Shown here: positions 1 to 6,018 of the stretch, piece by piece
Layout of the letters: each line of letters starts with the position of its first letter
How positions within the stretch are numbered: the stretch's first letter is position 1
NCBI GenBank assembly: GCA_964490075.1
Contig: CAZBBK010000018.1
Span: 56,345-76,344, forward strand
Reading direction: 5' to 3'
DNA: 20,000 bases
Source: an uncultured Gemmatimonadota bacterium
GTDB taxonomy: Bacteria > GCA-2686955
The notes under the pieces: generated by a model
What the model was told of the DNA's origin: nothing
Seen by the model: the letters and a program-made list of their open reading frames with translations, nothing else
Database searches by the model: none
Made by a program: the position numbers and the translations under genes

Positions 1-2
1 AC

Positions 3-2495
3 AACCTGGGCATCCTGGCGGCCAAGGCGGGCGACCCGGCCGGAGCGCGACGCGGCTCGCGGGTCGCGGCCGAGCATTTCCAGGCGCTGGGGATGGTGAG
101 CTCCGCGCTGGCGGCGCGCGCCCACGCCGCCGCCTGTCTGGCCGCGTTGGGGCGGCGCGAGGAGGCGCTTCGGGAGCATCGGCGGGTGCTCGCCGACCGC
201 CGCGGAATCGCCGACTCCCGAGGGATCGTGACCTCGCTCAAGCACCTGGCCGACCTCTACGCCAGCGCCGGGCGACCGCGGCGCAGCGCGAGCCTGTTGT
301 GGCTGGCGAGCGAATCGGTGGGAGAGCATCGGATCCGCGGCGCCGACCTGCTCCTCGACGCCTGCGAACGTGAGCTCGACGCGGGCCGCGACGAGCGCGC
401 GCTGCTGGCGCTGCACCGGCTGCAAGAGCTCAATCCGGATCACCACCAGCGCCTGCGAGCGGAGATCCTGCGTGCGCGGCGGGCGCGAGAGTCGGGCTCG
501 CCCACCGCGATTCGGGACGCCGATGCCTTCGCGACCCGCCTGCGCCGCCACGGCGCCCGGCTGAGCGAGCGCGACCTGCAAGAGGCGGTTCGCTTGCTGG
601 CGGACCACGCGCGACCAGAGCTGGCCCGCTCTCTGCTCGCAGAGCACGGCGCCAGCGGCAGCGAGGCGGCACGGGAGCCGGCCCTTCTCGGGCTGGCGCG
701 GGTCGAGCTGGAGCTGGCGATGGGCAACCGCGAGGCGGCCGCGGAGCACCTGGGAAGCGCCAAGGCGGCTGCGGACCGCCTGGATCTACGCCGGGAGCGG
801 GCGCTGGCGCGCATCCTCGAGGCCGAGCTGCGCCCGGGGAGCCCCTCCGCCCGAAGGGCCTTGCTCGATGCGGCCGCAGCTTGCCTCGGCCCCGGATCGA
901 GCTACCCCGCCCTGCGCGCCCGCATCGACACCCTGCGCGCAAACCCGCCGCGGCGGCCCGGCCTCGCCGCCGACCAGCGCCTCGGCCTGCTGCGGGTCGC
1001 CGAGCTGCTCGGGTCGATCGACGACTCGCGACGGCTCTTGCAGGCCATCCTGGGCGTCGTTCTCGAGACCCTCGGAGCCGAGCGCGGCGTGGTGAGCCTG
1101 CGCAGCGGCACATCCGACGATTTCGAGGTGGCGTTGCAGCGCAACGTGGAGGCCGCCGGCCTGGAGGACGCGCGGCGGATCTCGCGCACGATCCTGCGCC
1201 GCGCCTATCGCGAAGGGCGCGTGCTGCACTCATCCAACGCCTTGGAGGACGAGGATTTCCAGTCTCTGCGCTCGGTTCAGCTCTATCGCATCGTATCGTT
1301 CGCCTGCGCCCCGCTGGTGGTCGCGAAGCGCATCATCGGCACGATCTACGTCGACCGCCGGGTCGACGAGGCGAGCTTCGGCGAAGGGGAGCTCGAGTTC
1401 CTGGGTGGATTCGCCCGCATCGCCGCCGTCGCCATGGAGCGGGCACGGCTCTACGGCCGGCTGAAGCGCCAGGCGGGCACGCTGCGGCGCGAAGTGGAGT
1501 CGATCTACGGCCTGGAATGCCTGGTCCACCGCAGCGCCGAGATGAGGGCGCTGATCGACCAGGCGCGGCGCTTGGCGCAGGTCGACACGCCGCTCCTGGT
1601 GGGGGGCGAGACCGGCACCGGCAAGGGCATGCTGGCACGGGGCATTCACTACTCGGGCAGCCGTGCGGGCGGACCGTACGGGGAGGTGGACTGTGGCGCC
1701 GTCACCGAGGGGCTCGCGGAGAGCTCGCTCTTCGGCCACCTGCGCGGCGCCTTCACCGGTGCCGTGGAGGACCGCCTCGGCGCCTTCCGGGAGGCCGACG
1801 GAGGCACGCTCCTGCTCGACGAGGTGTCGGCCCTGTCCCCCATCATCCAGGCCAAGCTCTTGCGCGTTCTAGAGAACGGCGTGGTGCGGCCGGTGGGAGG
1901 CGACCGGCCGCTCACGGTCGACGTGCGGATCCTCTGCACCACCAACGCCGATCTCGCCGCGGAGGTTCGAGCCGGGCGTTTTCGCGAGGACCTCTACTTC
2001 CGAATCAACGCGGTTACGCTACAGGTACCCGCACTCCGAGAACGGCGCAGCGATGTGCTCCCACTGGCGGAACACTTCTTGCGGCAATTGAGCGAGCGGC
2101 TGGAGCGCAAGGCGCCGGAGCTGGATCGCGAGTTCCGCCGCGCCTTGCGCGCGGCACCCTGGCCGGGGAACGTGAGGCAGCTCGAAAATCTGCTTCACCG
2201 TCTCCTGGTGCTCCACCCCTCCACGACCTGGGGAGCCGAGGTGCTGCCGGCCGACGATCGATCGGCGCCGCGCGCCGGCGCCACGGAGAGAGACGAGATG
2301 GATGCGGTGAGCCGCGCCGAGAAGAGACTCCTGCTGGAAGCCCTGACCACCGAGCACTGGAATCGGCGCCGGGCCTCGGAGCGGCTGGGGCTGACCCACC
2401 GGCAGGTCTGTTACCGGATGGAGAAGTACGGGATCCGAGGGCCGGCCGGTGGTCCGGGACGGCCGCGCAAAGAGCGCGGCGGGAAAGGAGCGTGA
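3..2495 (+). CDS. Sigma54-dependent enhancer-binding protein (TPR-like N-terminus, GAF, AAA+ ATPase, Fis-type HTH); 5' end lies outside the window
   Basis: Frame is open from base 3 (NLGILAAKAGD..., TPR-like) into the 93..2495 ORF. GAF-like region (SFACAPLVVAKRIIGTIYVD), Walker A GETGTGKG, intact GAFTGA loop, Walker B LLLDEV, QAKLLRVL, FREDLYFRIN, WPGNVRQLEN, C-terminal HTH (WNRRRASERLGL). Confidence 0.95.
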   Translation, partial: NLGILAAKAGDPAGARRGSRVAAEHFQALGMVSSALAARAHAAACLAALGRREEALREHRRVLADRRGIADSRGIVTSLKHLADLYASAGRPRRSASLLWLASESVGEHRIRGADLLLDACERELDAGRDERALLALHRLQELNPDHHQRLRAEILRARRARESGSPTAIRDADAFATRLRRHGARLSERDLQEAVRLLADHARPELARSLLAEHGASGSEAAREPALLGLARVELELAMGNREAAAEHLGSAKAAADRLDLRRERALARILEAELRPGSPSARRALLDAAAACLGPGSSYPALRARIDTLRANPPRRPGLAADQRLGLLRVAELLGSIDDSRRLLQAILGVVLETLGAERGVVSLRSGTSDDFEVALQRNVEAAGLEDARRISRTILRRAYREGRVLHSSNALEDEDFQSLRSVQLYRIVSFACAPLVVAKRIIGTIYVDRRVDEASFGEGELEFLGGFARIAAVAMERARLYGRLKRQAGTLRREVESIYGLECLVHRSAEMRALIDQARRLAQVDTPLLVGGETGTGKGMLARGIHYSGSRAGGPYGEVDCGAVTEGLAESSLFGHLRGAFTGAVEDRLGAFREADGGTLLLDEVSALSPIIQAKLLRVLENGVVRPVGGDRPLTVDVRILCTTNADLAAEVRAGRFREDLYFRINAVTLQVPALRERRSDVLPLAEHFLRQLSERLERKAPELDREFRRALRAAPWPGNVRQLENLLHRLLVLHPSTTWGAEVLPADDRSAPRAGATERDEMDAVSRAEKRLLLEALTTEHWNRRRASERLGLTHRQVCYRMEKYGIRGPAGGPGRPRKERGGKGA

Positions 2496-2497
2496 TC

Positions 2498-3469
2498 ATG
2501 ACGCGACTCGACTCGCCGGCCGTGCTGCCGCTCTTGCTCCTGGTCTTGATCGGCGGCGCGCCCGCCGGCGCGATGATGTGCCGTGACCAGGTGGTCATCA
2601 ACGAGATCATGTTCGATCCCGCAGACGTTTTGGGAGACGACGAGGACTACGAGTGGGTGGAGCTGCACAACACCACCGGACACGCCGTCAGCCTCGCCGG
2701 CTGGCGTCTGAACCACGCACCCCTCGACGGCGAGATCCCTCCGCACGACTACGTCCTGGTGGCGCGCCAGGACCGCTCCGATCCCGACGGCGACGGCGAG
2801 TTCTTCTCGGCCTTCTACCACCCCGACAACGGCTATCAGATCAGCGCCCGAATCATCGATCTCGCCGGCCAGACGATGGGGCTCGATGGCGACGACTTCG
2901 AGCTGCGTCTCTTCGACGACCAGGACCAGGTGGTCGACTGGGCCGCGTTCCACCCGGCCCCGGGCGGTGACGGCGACGGCTCGACCCTGGAGCGGCTGGT
3001 CGCCCTGCACGGCGGCAGCGAGGCGGAGTTCCTGCCGAGCGAGCCTCCCGGGCGCCACGGCACACCAGAAGGTCAGAACAGCACCTCTCCCCTGACCGTC
3101 CACGTCTCGCTCCCCGACGCCCCAGTCGCCCCCGGCGACACGCTGCACATCGAGGAGATCATCACCAACCGAGATCGGATGGGGCATCGGGTGCGCATCT
3201 GGCGCGAGATCCTCACCCCCTCTCAGCGGCGCATCCCCTTCGAGCATCCGGATCTGCCCACCGAGGTCCACGTGCCGGGCTGCCACAGCCTGCGCCTCGA
3301 GGCGGACGTGGTGGTTCCGGCGCCCTCACCGCTGGGAGAGTTCGGCTACCACGGAATCATCGGCGACGGCTCGGAGTCGCTGGGATCGGACTGGGACGAG
3401 TTCATCGTGGAGTCGAGCGACCACATCGGCCCGCCGCCCGAAGAATTTCACGCAATCGTGAAATTCTGA
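2498..3469 (+). CDS. Secreted lamin-tail-domain (LTD) protein with C-terminal Ig-like domain, 323 aa
   Basis: Real part of the 881..3469 ORF: ATG at 2498 after AAGGAG and 2 nt after the upstream stop. Signal peptide (LPLLLLVLIGGAPAGA), LTD signature VVINEIMFDP...DYEWVELHNTT...VSLAGWRL and GTPEGQNS end motif. Confidence 0.85.
   Translation: MTRLDSPAVLPLLLLVLIGGAPAGAMMCRDQVVINEIMFDPADVLGDDEDYEWVELHNTTGHAVSLAGWRLNHAPLDGEIPPHDYVLVARQDRSDPDGDGEFFSAFYHPDNGYQISARIIDLAGQTMGLDGDDFELRLFDDQDQVVDWAAFHPAPGGDGDGSTLERLVALHGGSEAEFLPSEPPGRHGTPEGQNSTSPLTVHVSLPDAPVAPGDTLHIEEIITNRDRMGHRVRIWREILTPSQRRIPFEHPDLPTEVHVPGCHSLRLEADVVVPAPSPLGEFGYHGIIGDGSESLGSDWDEFIVESSDHIGPPPEEFHAIVKF
3442..3467. promoter_or_regulatory. 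Perfect 11-bp inverted repeat, candidate upstream activator sequence for an enhancer-binding protein
   Basis: AGAATTTCACG-caat-CGTGAAATTCT, AT-rich in GC-rich DNA, about 115-140 bp upstream of the predicted sigma54 start site. Confidence 0.65.
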
Positions 3470-3555
3470 GTCAAAGGGCGCAGTCACGGGGCGGAATCGG
3501 GCCTCCGCTCTCCGGTGTCTTCTCGGTTGTCGGCGCCCTGGCGCCGGCGCCGGCG

Positions 3556-3570
3556 CGGCACGCTTCGTGC
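3556..3570 (+). promoter_or_regulatory. Sigma54 (RpoN) -24/-12 promoter
   Basis: CGGCACGCTTCGTGC versus consensus TGGCACG-N4-TTGC, with exact GG-N10-GC spacing; intergenic and upstream of the 3754 gene; predicted +1 near 3582. Confidence 0.65.
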
Positions 3571-3753
3571 GCTTGGTTCGGGCATCACGAGCCCCTTCTC
3601 CGGCCGTCCCCGGTCGATCGCCCGCGGGAGCGGGCCGGCGGGAGCGGGCGCAACCGGGGGGCGCTCCGACCGGGTCGCCTTCCATCCCATCCTGCAAAAG
3701 GGCTTCGCGCGGAAACGACTTCCCATTTTGGCGCGAACCCAAAGGAGCCCGAG

Positions 3754-4146
3754 ATGTCCAAGATCCTCCTGGCCGCCGCCTGCGCCGCCGCTTTCCTCCT
3801 GCCCAGCACCGCCGGCGCCATGTGGCTCGATTGCGAGCTCACCGTGGATCCCGAGTGCGTCGCTCCCGGAGACGTGGTTGAGATCGAGGTCTGCGTCGAG
3901 AACCTGACCGACGACGACATGACCGTCGAGGGCACCCTCGAGGTGCACGCGCATCACGGCGACCACTACGAGCTGGCGGCCAAGACCGCCACCATCGCCC
4001 CCGGAGTCACCTGTCTCACCCTGCCCATGGCGGTTCCCGTCGGAACCGACGAGGACAGCTACGTGCTGGGCCTGTGGGTCTGGGAGGAATGGGAGCACAT
4101 GACTCACTGTGCGACCTGGTTAGAGGTTTCTGACGACTGTCTCTAA
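3754..4146 (+). CDS. Small secreted acidic Cys/His-rich protein, probable single Ig-like domain, 130 aa
   Basis: AAAGGAG ribosome-binding site at 3741-3747, signal peptide MSKILLAAACAAAFLLPSTAGA, GC-rich third codon positions, beta-strand pattern VAPGDVVEIEVCVEN, followed by a terminator. Confidence 0.85.
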   Translation: MSKILLAAACAAAFLLPSTAGAMWLDCELTVDPECVAPGDVVEIEVCVENLTDDDMTVEGTLEVHAHHGDHYELAAKTATIAPGVTCLTLPMAVPVGTDEDSYVLGLWVWEEWEHMTHCATWLEVSDDCL

Positions 4147-4173
4147 CCAAGCAGCGTCCGTCCGCGAAGGAGT

Positions 4174-4212
4174 GCCCATGGGCCGCCGCGTCGGTCCGTG
4201 GGCTCTCTTTTT
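4174..4212 (+). terminator. Rho-independent terminator after the 130-aa gene
   Basis: 12-bp stem GCCCATGGGCCG / CGGTCCGTGGGC (two G-U pairs), 6-nt loop, followed by TCTCTTTTT. Confidence 0.8.
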
Positions 4213-4338
4213 GTCGGGCGCCCGACCACGATTCCTGCGCTCCGCGGCGACCGATTGGATTGGAGCCCGCGCTCTCGACCGGAGACCGCTCGACCGCGGA
4301 TCCCAAGCGCCATCGATTCCGCATGAGGAAGCAGGATC

Positions 4339-5748
4339 ATGTCACGACAGCATTTCGTCTGCGCAGTTTCGCTGCTGCTCGCGGCCGTCGGCCGCGCCGA
4401 CACCGTACCCCAATTCACCCTGACCCAGATCGGCAACCTACCCGGTGGCACCAAGAGCTGGGCCTGGGATGTCACCCCCGACGGCGACGTCGTCGGCGAC
4501 GCGTCGACCATCGGCCACACCACACCGCATGCCTTCTACTGGGATGCGCTCACCACCACGCTGACCGATCTGGGAACCCTCACCGGTATTGCCGGCGACG
4601 AGAGCCGCGCCTACGGCGTCAGCTTCGACCAGTACACCGCGGGCAACTCCGACGCTCCCGGCACGACCGAGAAGAACGGCTTCATCTACCCGCCGCCCTT
4701 CGGTCCGCTGACGGCACTGGGGCCGCCTCCGGTAGGCTACCGTGATCCCAACGCCCAGGATGTCGAGCTGCTGGCCGGCGCCGGAGTGCACCGGGCAGTC
4801 GGCTGGGCGCTGGCGACCACTCCGGGATCCGAGCCGCACGCCGCTTACTGGGACTACGAGCTGGGCACCGCTCTCAGCCTTGGCACCCTGACCGGCAGCC
4901 CGGCCGACTGGAGCCGAGCCTTCGGTGTCAACGAGCTGGGCGAAATCGTCGGCTTCTCGACCCGGTCGGCGCAGCCGAGCCACGCCTTTCTCATGCGCGG
5001 CGGACAGATGATCGACATCGACCCGCGGCCGGATCCGAGCGAGAGCTTCGCGTGCGGGATCAACCGGGCGTCGCAGGTCGCGGGCAACCACTACAGCTCC
5101 TTCACCCTGCCGAGCACCGCCTGCCGCTTCGATGAGCGCCGCGGCGGATGGCAGCTCACCGACCTCGGCACCCTCGGCGGGATGGAGCCCCACTACTCCT
5201 ACGCCCACGATCTGAACGACGGCGCCTTGATCGTCGGCTGGTCGAACACCGACGAGAACGGACGAACGGCGACCATGTGGCTGAACGACCAGATCTACGA
5301 TCTGAACACATTGGTGCCGGGCGCCGAGCTCTACCTGAAGGAGGCGACCGGCGTGAATCTGGCCGGACAGATCGTCGGCTACGGAACCACCGGCGCCGGC
5401 TTCGAGCAGGCCTACCGGCTCGACCCGGCGACGCTGATGATGATGCAACCGGTGAGCGGCGATGCGGGCACCTCCAACCAGCTCTACGCGGTCGGTGCCA
5501 CGCCCGGAGTGCCGGTGCACTTCGTCTATGGCTTCACCGCCGGCAGCACGCCGGTGCCGGGTTGCGCAGGACTGGTGGTCGACATCGCCAGCCCGAAGAT
5601 CGTCGGGTCCGCGGTCGCCGATTCCCGCGGCATCGCCAATCTGTCGGCGGCGGTCCCGAGCAACGCCCTCGGGGTGACGGTGCTGATCCAGGCGGTGGAG
5701 CAACCGAGCTGCTTGGTCAGCAACCTGGTGAGCTACACATTTCAGTAG
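4339..5748 (+). CDS. Secreted HAF-repeat extracellular protein with a distinct C-terminal beta domain, 469 aa
   Basis: Signal peptide; repeated motifs HAFYWD...TDLGTLTG, HAAYWD...SLGTLTG, SRAFGVNELGEIVG, HAFLM, TDLGTLGG, AHDLNDGALIVG, YDLNTL, ATGVNLAGQIVGYG. Confidence 0.9.
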   Translation: MSRQHFVCAVSLLLAAVGRADTVPQFTLTQIGNLPGGTKSWAWDVTPDGDVVGDASTIGHTTPHAFYWDALTTTLTDLGTLTGIAGDESRAYGVSFDQYTAGNSDAPGTTEKNGFIYPPPFGPLTALGPPPVGYRDPNAQDVELLAGAGVHRAVGWALATTPGSEPHAAYWDYELGTALSLGTLTGSPADWSRAFGVNELGEIVGFSTRSAQPSHAFLMRGGQMIDIDPRPDPSESFACGINRASQVAGNHYSSFTLPSTACRFDERRGGWQLTDLGTLGGMEPHYSYAHDLNDGALIVGWSNTDENGRTATMWLNDQIYDLNTLVPGAELYLKEATGVNLAGQIVGYGTTGAGFEQAYRLDPATLMMMQPVSGDAGTSNQLYAVGATPGVPVHFVYGFTAGSTPVPGCAGLVVDIASPKIVGSAVADSRGIANLSAAVPSNALGVTVLIQAVEQPSCLVSNLVSYTFQ

Positions 5749-5779
5749 CGGCGCCACCAGAAAACGGAAATATGTGAAG

Positions 5780-5825
5780 CCCGGCGCCCCGGGCGCGGCC
5801 TCACGGGGTCGGCGTCCGGGGTTTT
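5780..5825 (+). terminator. Possible intrinsic terminator after the HAF-repeat gene
   Basis: CCCGG-CGCC (5780-5788) pairs with GGCG-T-CCGGG (5811-5820), followed by GTTTT; the stem is imperfect and the U-tract short. Confidence 0.45.
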
Positions 5826-6018
5826 CTCCATTGGCGGAGCGCCTTCCATGTAATCATCGATGGACAATACTCCCCCCCCGCAACCGCACCTTCCACCTCC
5901 CCGGTCACGACCCGCCATCGAGCTCGTGAATGCAGGGTGCGGATTCCGCTCTTCGACGTTTCAGGCGCCGTCGAGCGCGAGCTCGGTGCTGGGCCGTGGT
6001 CCAGAACTGGAGCTCCCC

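Noticed and set aside
881-2497. N-terminal 539 codons of the 862-aa ORF 881..3469
   Set aside because: Arg/Pro/Gly-rich off-frame read-through overlapping the enhancer-binding protein gene; the real gene starts at ATG 2498 with a ribosome-binding site and signal peptide.
5799-5809. CCTCACGGGGT shared with the repeat 1/spacer 1 junction
   Set aside because: Only 11 nt, partly repeat-derived; not a credible protospacer.
5764-5830. Possible c-di-GMP-II riboswitch (GGAAATATGTGAA start) upstream of the chitinase
   Set aside because: The GGGCAC and GTGCAACC pseudoknot elements are absent; a terminator-like hairpin explains the region better.
5860-6018. N-terminal extension of the chitinase ORF
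   Set aside because: Low-complexity Pro/Ser-rich sequence ahead of the signal peptide; GTG 6019 has a GGAG site and gives a normal secreted protein.
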